Shown here one piece after another: positions 1 to 14,955 of a stretch of 64,000 bases of DNA. Made by a program: the position numbers and the translations under genes. The notes under the pieces were generated by a model. That model was not told the origin of the DNA, ran no database searches, and was given only the letters and a program-made list of their open reading frames with translations. Location of the stretch: NCBI RefSeq assembly GCF_009914755.1, contig NC_060926.1; one strand, written 5' to 3'. The number at the start of each line of letters is the position of its first letter. Positions within the stretch are counted from its first letter, which is position 1. The DNA is from the human T2T-CHM13v2.0 reference genome, Homo sapiens.

Positions 1-1467
1 TTGTTCCCACGCTCCAGGCTAGAAAAAAAAAAAAAATACTACCATCTGGATTTAAGACCATTAATGCAGAAATAAGAGTTTGTTTTAAAATTGATCTTAC
101 CTCACAAAAAGAATAAACTTCAAAATTGCTCAATTTCCCTTTATTTGTAGGTAATAATGGACAACACTTTTACCTTTTAAACTCTTGTATATTTTTATTA
201 GTTGTTTATTTAACCAAGTACAGCAGCATTTCAATAATGTGTATCTAAAATTGTACTGTTGATTTGCTTGCAACCGCAGACCCTGGAGGTTCTACATACC
301 TGGCCCTGATCTTTTTCCACTTCATTTCTGATAAATAATTCTCGTCTATCTTTGCTTCCATCTCATTTGAAGCAAGGCCAATATTTTCTTATCTGCTTTC
401 AGATGTTTATGTACATTTGATACGCATCTGCCTGTCCCTAGCATTAAAGTAATCATATCTCTCCAGCATATTCTTTGCCTAACAATAATCTCACCAAATA
501 ACATTAATATACACATTCTGATGTACAGATATTATTAATAAAAAATAACTGGCTAGTTCCTTTGTTCTTATTTGGTCAGGAACCAGGATATCTCCCGTGC
601 TATGAATTACATGTAACTTTAGTGGCTGTAACTTAAAAAAAAGATTTTATTCTTCAGTGAGAACATTAGCAACTATGTTCCCTCCTATCTGGGAAGGAGG
701 TAATAAGATAGTGTTTAGGCTTTGATGGGAGAAATTTTACTCCTTTCCACCCACTTCCAAGTTCTCTTGTTCTCATGGCCAGAGGGTTAAGCCTGATTCT
801 CAGTCTGAGAGTGGCGACATGGCTGATAGCAAAAGAATATTTTTGTGATTCAGCAGTGTCTTACACTAGGCTACGTCTGTGGCAGTGGTGTGGTCCTTGA
901 GGGAAAGGAAGAATGACTGCTCATGGTGGGGCCAGTTCCACCTCAGGACACCTAAGTTGTCCCTGCCTTCAGGGTAAGTGTCTATCTGGGTGAGTCTCAA
1001 GTGTACTGCACTTGGGCAGTGAGGGGAACATTTGTCCCCACTACTCTACAACAAGCAGGGAGGCCAAATATGTGATGCTACCATTGACAAGAGCCTGCTG
1101 TCCCTCCAGCCACACTGCCTGATCCTCCTCCCCCATAACAGTCCCCAACACAGGAGTCCACCAGGCTGATGGACCAATCCTTATCGAAAATACTGACAGA
1201 GCCAAATGGAATGTGGGCACCTCTGCTCATCTTTACAACAAGCTCTTTTGTGTTACTTACTACCTTTTGCAATAAGCCAGAAAAGAAAAAAAAATACAAA
1301 ACTATCTGGAGTGTTTTTATTGTATTTGTGATTCAAATAAACTCACACAATTCTAACAGTCCCTCAAGAAAAAAATAGTTCACCCCTTTAAGGGGTTCAA
1401 CTAAATTTAGAAAAGAATATGGTCTCATGATTTTATCTGAATAAAATAGTCATCTCCTATGAATTCT

Positions 1468-1580
1468 ATCAAATCTATCTACCTATCTATCTATCCATCT
1501 ATGTATATTTATATAAATATGGATGGATATATAAAATATATAAAAAGTATATATACATATATGCATTATATATTTTTATA
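1468..1580. repeat. (TCTA)n-like microsatellite merging into an AT-rich low-complexity tract
   Basis: atctatctacctatctatctatccatct followed by TA-rich sequence. Confidence 0.7.
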
Positions 1581-4500
1581 TTTCTTCCCAACTTATCAAA
1601 GCTTAGAAATCTGCATCCTTTCGCATCCTTCATTTTGAGTAAATACATGCATACATGTTCCATACTAATGATTCCCCTTTCAATTGTCACAATATGGGAT
1701 AATCGCTGGCTATTTTTTCTCTAAATTATCAGTGAAATTGCACTTTCTCCTTTCAGAGAACCTGTCAATAATTTCCTAAATATATGTGGTAGTTGTGTTT
1801 CCGTATGATATGATTTGCTGTGAGACAGGAAAGAAGAGCTGCAGCCCATCCCTTTTACTCTTCACCAAAATGATGAAAAGAACCACTTTCAGTTTTGCCT
1901 TGGGTCCTTGAACTTTTGCAACTTCTCTAATCATTTTTTGTAAGGGTTTTCACGACTTAAGTGAGTTTTGGGGCAAACTAACAATCCTGAAAGCTGTGCA
2001 CAGTATTGGCTTCCCTTTGAAAATCCTAACTGCAAATGTCTCCATCCAGCTAGTGAACCCCAGGAAGTATGAGGATATGAGGCAGCTTCTTATCAGAGAA
2101 ATGAGTGGGAGAGCATTTCCTTCTAGTGGCTGTGACAGCAGTGGTAATTCTGGGCTAAAAGGCCATAATGATAACATCCACAAAATGGCACGCTGTTTTC
2201 TGAAATGCAAAACGAACATTCCCAAAAATGAAAGACAACCAAGCTGCAAACAGCACAAACAAAACATACGAATTCACAAAACCATGGAGTTGTTTTTTTA
2301 CTTGTCTTTTTTTTCTCCACTGCTTGAAAGAACAGTGTCAGAAAGAAGAAATAAGCAGTTTAAATTACGTTTCTTTTCTTTCTCTTCCTTAACAATTCTA
2401 TGAGAAAGCTACAAGAGGAAAGACAACTCCTATTGCACAAGCCCTGGTTTTGTAAGAGAGGAGAAGTTGATGAATTAGCAGATAATATTCTAAAAAACGA
2501 AAATCAAGAGGAAAAATTGAGATCTAGGTAATCCAGGGGCCATGAACATGAGTACAGGGGTGCAGACATCCAGATATTTTCTGTGAGTGAGGGGAAGGAA
2601 AGACCTACAATAGTTTGAAGAAAACAATAGAACATATAGGAAGGTTATGAAAGGTATATGTCTCTCCAGGAAGGAGCTAGGGAGGACACAGGAGAGCTCT
2701 TTGCAGTTGACTGATTCCAAATAAGCCACTCACACAGGAAGCATCGTGTCCAGGTTTGCTTTCTACTTCTAGATCAGCCATGACCAGCGGAGAACCATCA
2801 ATCACTCCCACTCACAAAATGAAGTGAGAGTGATTGATTGTTCAAGGCTGAATTAGCCCTGCCTGATTCACAGGAAATCTTAATGGAATCTGGGAGCCCT
2901 GAACTGGAAACTTGGGTTTTGGCCTGGAAACAGACCCTAAACCTTGGGGCTAAGTCCAGGTGTGCCCTAGTCAATCCAAATCCACAACTTTGGGAGGAAA
3001 GCATTTGGATACCGTTTCACTTATTGTCTGTTTTATTTTATTTTGAACACTTTTAAGATTTTCTTTCTGAAAAATATGATATAAATAATATGGCCTTTTC
3101 TTGTTATTTCTGGATCATATTCTATTATTATTTTCATTAAGAACCTATGTACTTCTCTACCCCAATCTTGATAATAATTGCTCTCTATTTTAAGTATCTA
3201 TTTTTAGAAAATAGTTCTATTCACAGAAATATGATACAGAAAAGTATACATTTCAATAAATACACACTGAGCTGTGATGAAGTATTCAGCACTTTGCTAG
3301 ATGTTTATACAGTCAATCCTAATTCAAACATGCTGAAGACTCCTTGCTCATTGCCAGACACAAATTTTCTTACCTATTCACAAATAATGAAAACATTATT
3401 TCTCACCTTAAGAGCATTAACATTGCATTGACAAGAATCAATAAAATAAAATAAATTGGTGTATTCCTTTAAATAGTAGAAAACAGAAACTCATATCTCA
3501 TTCTCATATAACACTATATAATAGCCAACAGGATATTGAGTATGAAACATTATTTATGTATGTAAGTCACACAACTCCCCCCACACACACATGACCTAAA
3601 AGAATGAAAAATCCCAGGGTAATAATATTATACCATACAGCTGGTATGAACAAGAATATTGTTATTTCTGATATGTTGCTTCAAAACTATTTAGACCTGC
3701 TCTGCTCTGAGCAATCATCTTCTGTACTTGAAAATGAAGCTAGATCCTTTCTTGATTTTAATTATCTTATAATGCATAGGAGTATGTTTAATGTGCTGAT
3801 ATACCACAAGATAATAGACATTTCAACAGACTCCTTTTCCCCTCCTAGATGATTTCCACCTTTCTTTATTATTATTTTTAACTCTGAAGCTCATTTATTT
3901 TTGCTGAAATAGTAAATAGTTTAAACACAAGTTTGGTTCTTTAGGCGCTCTCTCCGTTAGGAAGAGGAAATGCTTGAAATTTCTTAAACAGGACAATGGT
4001 GACAAGCTATATATGGCCTGAACATGACAATCACTCCTCTCCTCTTGAACCTCTGACCCTTGAGTTTTACAGACCAGCTCGAGCTTGAATCTGAACTCTC
4101 TCAAGACCTGGTAAGAACATTTATTTTTAGTGGAGAGCCCCCTCATTCTTGGAATTCCTCCTTTCTCCAAGTCTGACAGAATCTCAGTTTAAGCCTCTGA
4201 GGAAATTGTAGGGAAATGTTTGAGAGCAGAATCTTAGTTGCTTGTGGATTGTACTCTTTTTATTAGCAATGGAGGTCCCTCCTTTGGTATTCATTCTATT
4301 TAGGTATAACATTACATCCATTTTAGCACACACTTTAAACAGAGAAATAATAAAGAAACTGATGTCAAGCAATTTATCTGATTCAGATTACAGTCTCCAC
4401 AGACAGCAAGTCCAGTCCAAACTCTAGAGCACATAGGGCTAGCCCAAATTTGCCATGTCTCTAACTAGGTTGTCTGAGGTTGCTCCTTGAGGAGTCAAGT

Positions 4501-6226
4501 CCGGGATTGAAGTAGTATGAAATGTTTCCCTATCAAACAGACAGGCTTTGACATAGACAAGACACAATAATAAGTCTCTCTTACTTCTAAATATATTCAG
4601 CATTCATTTTGGTGCTTCATGAAGACAGTGTATTTAACAAAAATAAGTTTGGGGACCAAACTACTAAGCATACATTGATGTGATAGGCAGCTTGTTTAGG
4701 AGGAAATAATGTCGCGTACGGAGTGCCTGAGCATGTCTTCAGGTCTGATTCAGTTGGAAAGAAAAGAAAGTCCTGTATTCCAGGAGTTGGCAGATGCATA
4801 GGGCATGATGTAAGGTTCCCTGAGCTTCAAATCACTTGCATCTCTGCCTGGCTTTTCCACATGAAATGCTTGCCATTTGTTTAATTAAAAGCTTCTTTAA
4901 ATATATTACAATACAGAGCACTGAAGGAAGAAAACATACTCACTTTGTTCTTCCATTCATCTTGATAATTTGACACCATACTAACTAGCCAAGAGACCTG
5001 AGAGCAGGGTACCACAGTGAAGACTCAGAAGCCAAGTGCACATTGTTGGTGGAAGGGTAAGGAAGTTTCACGGCATGTGCTTCTGTCAGAAAACACAGCA
5101 GTCATCATAGGAGTGCCTCTACCCCAGAAGAGAGGTATTGAAATGTAAATGAAAGAAATAGGCAGAATAACTTTTCTAGAGTTATAAAATACCATATTTT
5201 TAAAATTTACACATTAGATATAAAAATTAGACAATTTTTTTTCTTTTGGCTAGGATCTAGTTATTCTCATTTTGTTTCTGTGATTATCAGCTGGTCCACT
5301 TATCCCCGTTTTGTTTCTTGTTAGACCCCCAATTGCATACTGAGATTATGGATGTAGGAACAATCTGTTTACCTATCACACTTCCGCTCAAGGAGTCTAC
5401 CATATTTCTGCCCCAAATCCTATCCTAAAGATGATGTTTACCACACATCTTTCAGCAATACTCTCCTGTTCCACAGGTTGCCACTGAGATTCACAGTCTA
5501 GGAGGTGGTTAGGTGATACTTTTACAAAAAATAAATAGATAAGGCTGAGAAGGTTGTGCAATTGTAGGACAAGCTAGAAGATTTGGGAGCTGGAAAATGG
5601 TGATTTTAGAGACATCCCCCCACATTTATTTCTACTTTCAAAGATTTTGTCTACCAAATAAGTATATTAATGTAAAGAACTGTGGAATGAGAGCAGAGAT
5701 ATAACTAGAAAAATAGTACCTTTGAAACAATTCAATTGTAAAGACAAGGAAGGTCACCCAAATAATGTCTATGGTGTCCACTGAAGTACTGATAGAGCAT
5801 TTGTGATGAAAGACTTTCTGTTTCCAGGCAAAATGTGATTATAAAGCATCTCTTTTAATTTTTATTGTTCAGCATTTGTCGAAACACAAGTCCAGATTTG
5901 AGAGTGACTTCATCTTGGGAATGGTTTCATCTGGGATCATCAGTGAATAAGGACCAGTTAGCTTAAAAGTAGGGTCAGAAGCCTTGAATCCTAGGGAGTA
6001 TGAGGTGCAAACTTAATAGAAAAAATGTTCTCTCTGAGCTATGTTTAAAACCATACAGAGGAAGACTGTGGTGCCTGGATTATGAATAAATGTCAGAGAG
6101 AAAGAATCCTACCACAAACACCTTCAACCATATTTTGCTATATCAAATGTCAAAGTTAATGTCCCAATACAGTATGCTAAATGAATTCTATCTGAACATT
6201 AGTGGTGTGTGTTCCTGAGCCAGTAT

Positions 6227-6229
<3 letters not shown>

Positions 6230-6268
<39 letters not shown>

Positions 6269-6345
6269 GAGAGAGAAAGAAAAAGAAGAAGGAGGAGGAA
6301 GAGGAGGAGGAAGAGAAAGAGGAAAATAAGGAGAAAAGAGGAAAT
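6230..6345. repeat. (GA)n microsatellite plus GA-rich (GAG/GAA) tract
   Basis: About 17 pure GA units followed by a purine-only degenerate tract. Confidence 0.9.
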
Positions 6346-8069
6346 AAAATAAGAGGCAGTTAGTCCCTTTTAATTAAGAGATCAGATTTTTTGTGTCCAT
6401 GTGTCACCACTTAAGAGCATATGATGATCATTTAAAAGAGTACTCGATTGTGATGAGACAGATGCAACAGGGATATGTGGCATGCACAAGACAGCATGGT
6501 GTCATGAAAATGACAAAAATAGTGACTGGTGTTGTGACTCATTCACATTATAAAAGCAATAAAACCCTTGGTGTATTAGCACCCTAGAGGCTATTTCACT
6601 TTTTATTATTATTATGAAACAAGGCCTTTATTTGTAGCTGGGCAGCAGCACCTCTTTGTGGTTACAGTGCCATGGACTTAATGGCATGCTTACAGAATTC
6701 TACCTTCAATTGGTTCTATAAATACAGCCATGGTTTGGAGTATATATAGCTTTTATAAACACATATGTGATAATCTTTATTATCAATCCACATCTTATTT
6801 TCCCCATTCTTTAGACTTTAGCTTGATGACAATGATGGATATGAATTCCAACGTGTTAGTTTCCTAATTTTTTTTCTTAGCCTAAAATAAATATATATTT
6901 AAAGTACTTTCCTCCTTAGGCAATGTGTTTCTCATTTGCTGTGACACTAAGTGTGTAGGTATGGCTGACCGCTAACCTGACATGTGCCTGTCACCAGGGA
7001 CTGCTGGTTCTTTCATCTTCTTAATGGACATTTCTCTACAGATGTCTGTGGCCTACCTGACTATAATCCTTTAAATTTTAATTCACTTTACATTTAGCCT
7101 GGTCATAAATACCATTTAGGTACCAATACTCTGCTTTATACAATCCCTAAGGTAGTGCTTTTATTTTAATGAGGCCATTTGCAACTTAAGAGCAAAAAAA
7201 AATTCCATCTTTGATTGAATATATTTGTCAGTTTTATTCCCGATTGGCATTTTCATGGGAAAACTTGGATAAAACTAAGGGATGGCTGCTTACCAAGTGG
7301 GATAAAAGTTTCAGTATGTTTCTACTTTCAAAATTAACTGAATAAATAGTCTTTGAAATTCATTTTGAAAACATTAAAGTAAATCATGGCTATAATCAAA
7401 AGTAAAATTCAGAATTAAGTTTGTTACAAATGAAATTTCCACTAGCATTTTCTTTTCTACTTGAAAGGAAAAAATAAAGTGAGACCCCAGTTAATAAACT
7501 GTCCAGGTAACTAATGGGCCAGCATAAAAATACATGGAAGTTAATGTAGTAGAATTCATGCAAATAGTGGCTAATGATAAATTTTGTGATTTTGTCATCC
7601 CATTTTTATTTCAGTGCTAGTCTTTTTACAAGTAGCACAGTATCCACCCCCCTCTCCCCAACCCCACAGCATTTAGGAGCAGGTAAATTGCTACTGATTT
7701 TTTAGTTGATTTATAGTTTGGTATGAAAGACACTTTTTTCAAAAATCTCTAAGGATGATATGCATAGTTATCTCTGATCTTGGAGCAAGCTCTCTGCTCT
7801 AGTCCACATGCTCTCCTGAGTGTTATTTACAGATGCCCTCTATATTCACAGAAACTAATTTCTATGTATATGACATCATAAATATTGTATTAGAATTTTG
7901 CTGTGCATAAGTTAGTGATAATTGTGTAGTTTTATTTGGGGATGGGGACAACAGACAAATGTTTAATTTGAAAAACAACGATATTGAAATATTTTCTCAA
8001 TATGGAAATAAGACCCTGACTATTTAAAATGCTGTCATAAGTACATTTTTTTGGTTATGAATTTAATAA

Positions 8070-8591
<522 letters not shown>

Positions 8592-9544
8592 TTTTGTTAG
8601 ATTTTGTTTTCCATCTTTGGTTTACAGTATTCCTTAGATAAAATCATGGCAGTTATTTTCTTAAATAAGATGAATGGTAGTTCACCATTTAGAACAACAG
8701 AGTAATACTTTGTACAGAGGGTTTCACTTTCTTCTTTCATTTAATCATTTCATCCAATTTTAAAATATCATAATTATTTGACAAATATAAAAAGGAAGGT
8801 TACATAAATTTTAAATATCACATAGTAAGATATGAAACTGGATTTCAAATCCACATAAATCAGAATTCTAACATTTTAAATTTAGTCTTCTACACTGCCT
8901 CTCCACTGTCTGCTAAGTATATTTTTTGTTTGTTTTAGTTTTTAAAAAAATATTTTAAAAAAGCTAGTATCTTAATAGGACTAAGCCAAGACCAAGTTTG
9001 CAAGCTGACATTCTAACATATCTTTAGTAATCTTTTTTATCAAAGGCACTGTATCTTTCAGAGGAAACCTATACCAGATGAAGTTGAGAAACAGGAGTGA
9101 ACATTTTAGCTATTGTCTATGTAATTTGTTCCCAGATTTGAATATTTTCATTCTTAAAAATCATTTGCATGAATGAAACTCACAAAAAATGTGAATTATG
9201 AGTCTAAATAATATTTTATACCAAAGTGGGGCTTTTATAAAAGAAAATGGCACCACTATTGTCTCCTAATACACGGTGACACAAATGTTTCAACATTCTA
9301 TGAGAAGAAGCTTTAGTATTTTATTGTTTTATCAAGTAATTAAACCACTCAAGAGACTGTGCTTGCATTGAGAAACAATTGAATTTGTCATGGTAATCCA
9401 GGATGTCAATTACAAACTGATACATGGTAAATTTATGAGGAAATAAAGAAAGTTCTATAAAAATAAATGTATCCATAAGTTACTTTTTAGATTTGGGAAT
9501 CCTGATACTCAAAAACCTATTTCCTATTCACTGTTACCTTCTTG

Positions 9545-10012
9545 CTTTTCCTTCTTTCTTCCTCTCCCTCCTTTCCTTTCCTCCATCCCTTCCTCCCTCC
9601 CTCTCTCTCCCTCCCTTCCTCCCTCATCCCTTCCTTCACTTCCTTTCTTTCTTCCTTCTTTCCTTCCTTCCTTCTTTTCTCCCTTTCTTCCTTCCTCCCT
9701 CTCTCCCTTCTCTCCCTCCCTCCCTCCTACCTTCCTTCCTTCCTCCCTCCATCCCCTCCTTCCCTTTCTTCTTTCCTCCCTCCCTCCCTTCCCTTCTTCC
9801 TTCCTTCCTCCCTCCCTCCCTTCCCTTCTTCCTTCCTTCCTTCCCCCTCCTTCCTTTCTCCCTCCCTCCATCCCTCCATCCCCTCCCTCCCTTCCTTCCT
9901 TCTTTCCTTCCTTCCTTCCTTCCTTCCTTCCTTCATTTCATCCTTCCTTCCTCTCTCCCTCCTTCCCTTCACTCCTCCCTTCCTTTCTTTCTCCCTTCCT
10001 CCCTTCCTTCCT
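9545..10012. repeat. ~470-bp polypyrimidine/polypurine compound microsatellite (CCTT/CCCT)n
   Basis: Nearly pure C/T on the plus strand, with repeated cctt and ccct units. Confidence 0.95.
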
Positions 10013-10344
10013 TGTGCTAGCAGTTAGGATTTAATCTAACTACCTCTAATGTTAAAAAACAAACAAACAAGAAAGAGTGATGCCAAGACTCTTTGAAAGG
10101 CTTATATTTTTAATGAGTAAAAATACAACAAGCAAATTTTTTTTTAAAGATCCAAGAGTCCTTTTCTTCTTGGAGTCTGAATAAAATCTTAGATCATAAT
10201 TTTGTAGAACCAAACCAAGAGGCTTGGTTAATATATTGAAGACTCAGCATACTCCTGGATACGTTTAAAAATGTGTTCATTTTCATAAACTAAAGGCAAA
10301 AGGTTTGAAGTGTACTTATTTTCTACATAATGTATAGTAAGAAT

Positions 10345-10560
10345 AATATCAAATATTTACTGAGCATTCACTATTTGCCAGGCATTGTGCTAAATGCTTT
10401 TTTAAATTGTCTCATTGATGCCTTGCAACTTTCATGATTGACATGTTTCTACATCATGTTTAATGTAGATGCCTTATCATTAAGATATAGAGAAATTAAA
10501 TGACAATAATTATCTGTGTTTCCATTAAATTGCAAAGCCAAGATTATATCTCATGTTTCT
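10345..10560 (-). mobile_element. MIR (or L2 3' end) fragment
   Basis: atttactgagcattcactatttgccaggcattgtgctaaatgcttt is the typical antisense MIR/L2 tail. Confidence 0.55.
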
Positions 10561-10829
10561 GTGTCTTATTTCAATAATCCAAAAGTTGTGTATAGTCATG
10601 ACTCCATACAAATTTTCCTAAGTAAAAGGAAGTTCTGGGCTCTACTCTCACCATTGCCATACCTGCCTATTGATATCTGTTAGGTACTCAGGAGGAACCA
10701 GGCATCAATTGATGTATTTCTTATTTCTTAGTAGATATCTCAAAAGCGACATTTCCAACATTTTATGGATTAAACACTAAGCTATTGATATGTGTGTGGT
10801 TTCAAAAAAAATCCTTTACTTCTCATTGT

Positions 10830-11860
10830 CTTTCCCATTCCAGTTGCTACGCAGACACTCTTATGCTTGGCTCTTCCTTCTCTTTTACACTATGTATTCA
10901 ATCCATCAGGAAATAATGTTAACAGTACCTTTGAAACCCATGCATAACGCAGCTACTTTTCGTCAGCTAGACCACAGCCTAAGATCTAACACACCATCTT
11001 CTCTCACTCAAATGACTACAATCACTGCCTAAATCACTCTTGTTGCTCCTTGTCCCCTTCAATCTATTCATACAGCAGCCAGAAAGATCATTTTGAAACC
11101 TGACACACCATGCACTCCTCTTTTCAAAATCTTCCCCTGCTTTCTGTATCACACAGGAAAAACCCTCATATCCTTACTCTGCTCTCAAGTCTCCAAATCA
11201 CAGATGCCTGCTCACTTCTCTCACTCCACTCTACCAACACTCTGACCTATTGCCTGATCTTTGATGACACCAGACAAGCTCCTGCCTCAGGGCCTTTGCA
11301 CTTTCTGCTTCCCCTGTCTGGAAAGCTCTTCCTCTGGGACACATATGACTGGCTCTTTTATTTTCTCTGTTGTGTTAGGTAAATGCCACCATTTCAGTGA
11401 GTCCTTCTTTACCCTCATCCCTGACTCTTTCTATCCTCTTTCCTTGCTTTATTTCAGGAGTTGGCAAACTTTGACTAGCAGGCCAAATCTTGACTGCTGC
11501 CTATTTTTATAAAGTTTTGTTGGAACACAGCCACTCTCATTTATTTACATTTAGTCTATGCTTGCTTCTGTGCTACAAAGACAGAGGCGAGTAGTTGTGA
11601 AATGGACCGTGTAGCCCCCAAAGCCTAAAATGTTTATTATCTATTGCTATTGAAGATTTTGCCAATCTCTGCATTTTTTTATTGCTATGTAGCACACGAT
11701 GCATTTTATTTGTTTATCTCATTATTGTCTGTCTCTTTGTACTTGAATGTAAACTCCTCCAGTACAGGAGTTTCCAACATTGTTTATTGTGGTACCCCCA
11801 GCACCTACAACAATGTGGAGAGAGCATATAGGGTGTTCAATAAATATTTGTGAATGCATG
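10830..11860 (+). mobile_element. L2 LINE 3' fragment interrupted by MER58A
   Basis: L2 motifs acagcagccagaaagatcattttg and cctgcctcagggcctttgcact, and the terminal tcaataaatatttgtgaatgcatgaa. Confidence 0.75.
11455..11671 (+). mobile_element. MER58A hAT-Charlie MITE
   Basis: Terminal inverted repeats CAGGAGTTGGCAAA ... TTTGCCAATCTCTG. Internal aaagttttgttggaacacagccac and aagcctaaaatgtttattatct match the recalled consensus. Degenerate 8-bp TSD ctttattt/catttttt. Confidence 0.85.
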
Positions 11861-12289
11861 AAGAAATTTACTGGCTGACATATTTTGACTCTATACACTC
11901 ATCTCATGTCTCTTAAAGATGTCAATGTTCTCTATAGCAACTCTCTGAGATATCTTAATCTAAAAAAGAAAACTTCATCTTGCTAATGACAGTAATATTT
12001 ATGGCGATGCGGTGATTGCCGGCCATCAGTTTTGGATTTAGTTTTGTTCATAAAGATAACCTTACTCCACAGGAATTTGGATTTTAAAAATTATACTCAT
12101 GAACAAATTTGATAAGAAAATGTGCTGTGTGTAACATCGTAGAACAGTGAGGATAGAAGGTATGGGATATATTCTTTCTGTATTCATTATTTAAAAAAAA
12201 ATTTGAAAGATCTTATGAGGTCTTTAAAAATTCCTCATTGAAACATACACCTGAAGTGTTATGGTTTATTCAGAGGAGTCCAGAATCTA

Positions 12290-12450
12290 AAATCAGAAGT
12301 GGGGTTAGAGCCCTGGCTCTATCATGTACCAGCTATACGAACCTGAGGTGGAGATTATGAAAATATCCATCTTACAGGGTTATTTTGAGCATTAAATGAG
12401 ATGAATATAATTTAACTTATTGTACAATAAATATTCAGTAAATGTAAGCT
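12290..12450 (+). mobile_element. MIR fragment
   Basis: ccctggctct...agct... and ttacagggttattttgagcattaaatgagatg. Confidence 0.5.
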
Positions 12451-12639
12451 TCATCTGGAAACTCTGAGCTAAGTTTATTTAAAAAACAACAAATGTTATA
12501 ACTTTATGGGCTACCACTACTCCAGGAAAAAATACCTGATGTGCATAAAATTGACTTTGTGCTTTTCTCACCATTGGTTCAGTGTTTGTTTTTTTCCTGC
12601 ATATTTCTCAACGTGGTTTCATAGAAATTTGAAGTGAGC

Positions 12640-12840
12640 TGACTTAAATTGGCTCATATTTTCCACTGACTAGCTGTGTAGCCTTAAGCGAGCTATTTAA
12701 TATCCTTGAGATTCAATTTCTCCTCATCCTCCTTACCTAAAATGAGGATGATAATAATACCTACCTAACAGTGCTCTTATGAGGATTAAAGGATTACGTA
12801 TGTAAAGTACTTAGCAGGGCATCTAGCATATTTTAAGTTC
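12640..12840 (+). mobile_element. MIR
   Basis: MIR core: actagctgtgtagccttaagc, aaaatgaggatgataataatacctacct, gaggattaaa, gtaaagtacttagca. Confidence 0.75.
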
Positions 12841-13047
12841 TTAGATTCCAATTCATCAAGGTTCTCCTCTGTCTCTCCTTTTAAGCCTTGCTTCCCATGG
12901 TCAGTCAATCATATAGGGTATGGTTATGCTAATTTTCAGGTTTCCTCGAAAATTTATTAAAAAATCTACTAAAGAATATGGCAGAATTTGTAATACTCTA
13001 TGTCCAAGATATTTACATTTTACTGGTTTTGAAATCACCTTCCTCCT

Positions 13048-13088
13048 ACACACACACACACACACAGACACACAAACACACGCACACG
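13048..13088. repeat. (CA)n microsatellite, interrupted
   Basis: Direct reading. Confidence 0.9.
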
Positions 13089-14077
13089 AAAACTTAAAGA
13101 AATTTGTCTTTGGTAATAAGCTCAAGACCCCCCTTCCAAGAAAAAAAGAGCAGAAAATCTTTTTCTAATCTTTCAAATCATGCCATGTAGATACTATGTA
13201 ATTATCCTAGTTTTGACATAGTTGTTCCCTTTAAATATATCTGTACTAACATCCTGTCTTGCCCCTAGTATCAATTCAGTCTATAGATATTTTGGAGGGG
13301 AGGGGAGAAAAAATGTGTAGGTTTCTTTTGTTTTATTCTCTGAATTGGAAAAGTAGTTGTGTTACTGTAAAAATCTGACATGCAGCTCAAGAAGAAAAAG
13401 GTGTCTGTTCCCATAACTCTACTCTGAGCTCTGACAGTCAGTGTAAGTCTGCCTTTTTTAGCATTGAAATTCACCATCTTTTTTTTTTCTATTTGTTTCC
13501 TTTACTGCTGCTGTGTACAGGCGGAATGAGTAAAGCTCTTCCCACATTGCATCTGAAAGTTCTTTCCTGCCATACCTAGCCACTTAAAGAAGCATTTCTC
13601 TGTTTATTAGTTTCTCTCTTGCTCATTATTTTACCTTTATCTACATTCTTCTGCATTTCATCTGTGTCTTTGATCAGACTGTACTCTGACCTATTTCTAG
13701 CTTGAAAAGGTTTTATTCACAGAATTTTCCCACCTATCCTAACCTTTCTCAGAGTCAGTTATTTTTCCAAAGGGTCAACAGCTATGGAATTCCCTATGCT
13801 AACTTCAAATAGTGACCTCTTTAAATAAACATTGCTAAAAGGAGTTGTTCAAAGACGATTGTGTGGTCTAAATAAAGCTGGGTTTAGTCAACCTTGTGAA
13901 GCAGTTGCAGTTTATCTTCCTCTTCCTTCTCTTCTATAAGAATATGACTATCCTATATTTCATTATCTTAGAGCTTGGCTTTAGCTGGTTGACATCAATG
14001 CTTAAACATTCAGTTAATATGGGTCTTCATAGTCTTCATTCCCAACTCTCTCTCTGTCATTACTAGCATTTTCACTT

Positions 14078-14255
14078 ACCTTATTTTAAGAATTGAAACA
14101 TATTTTTAAAAATATAATTTAACATCTTTGAAATTGGGATAAATTTTAGAGTTGATGATCTGCCATGGTTAAATTGGTAATATATTTTTTCTTTAGTTGT
14201 ACATATAATAGTGACAGGTTTTATAATTGATGACATCTTAGATTCAATGAAGTCA
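14078..14255. mobile_element. MER104-like TcMar-Tc2 MITE
   Basis: tttaacatctttgaaattgggat, gttaaattggtaa, ttagttgtacatataata and gatgacatcttagattcaatgaa resemble the recalled MER104 consensus. Confidence 0.55.
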
Positions 14256-14955
14256 GAACTAAGTAAGCCCTAGAAAGCACAAGACATTGATTGGTGGGAG
14301 TCAATCCCTAATAGTGGAATTTCAGGCACAATTGAATCTTAATGGGAATGTTAATTTTGGCCAGGGAGAAACACCCTTACTTTCTCCAGACTCTATTCTG
14401 CAGGTGACTGCTGACTTCAGCTATAAACCAGCTGGCCCTAACTCCAAAAGAAGCAACTCAGAACTTAACTGATGCAAGCAGCTTGCATTGCAGGGATGGA
14501 AAGGCTGACATTATTTTCATAGGAAAAGTTTCTGCTATTTAGGAAAATGCTAAAATAGTTAAAAGGAACGTAAATAAAGAGGAAGAATGAGTATAGAGTG
14601 TGTTCCAGGGGGACTCGCTCTGCTTAGTTTAGCAACAGGTCAGCAGGATTTGTAAAACCTTTTAAATGAAAAGCTATACAGAGCTTTACACTTATTCCTA
14701 GCATTAATTCTTTCTTCCCTATGACTATTGCATGAAATTTCTCTTCACAAAGTAGAAGTGTGACACTTTGTCAATGTAAATGGGATAAAATAACATGCAC
14801 AATCTGTTCAGTTTTTTGTCATTAAACAACTTGATTTAATCATCATATAGCCTGTGTCCTCTACTTATTTTCTAGTTGTTCATTCATGATTTGGACATCT
14901 AGGAGAAATATTTCATGATTGGAAATCTAGGAGAAATATTTGGAAATCTAGGAGA

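Noticed and set aside
1996-2403. 135-aa plus-strand ORF
   Set aside because: Non-ATG start, no recognisable domain, and a length expected by chance.
640-3010. Possible ancient ERVL-type LTR or internal fragments (about 640-1150 and 2420-3010)
   Set aside because: Composition is suggestive but too diverged to assign a family or boundaries by eye.
9493-10027. Four overlapping ORFs of 81-175 aa (Pro/Ser/Leu/Phe-rich or Gly/Arg/Glu-rich)
   Set aside because: Products of a stop-free polypyrimidine microsatellite.
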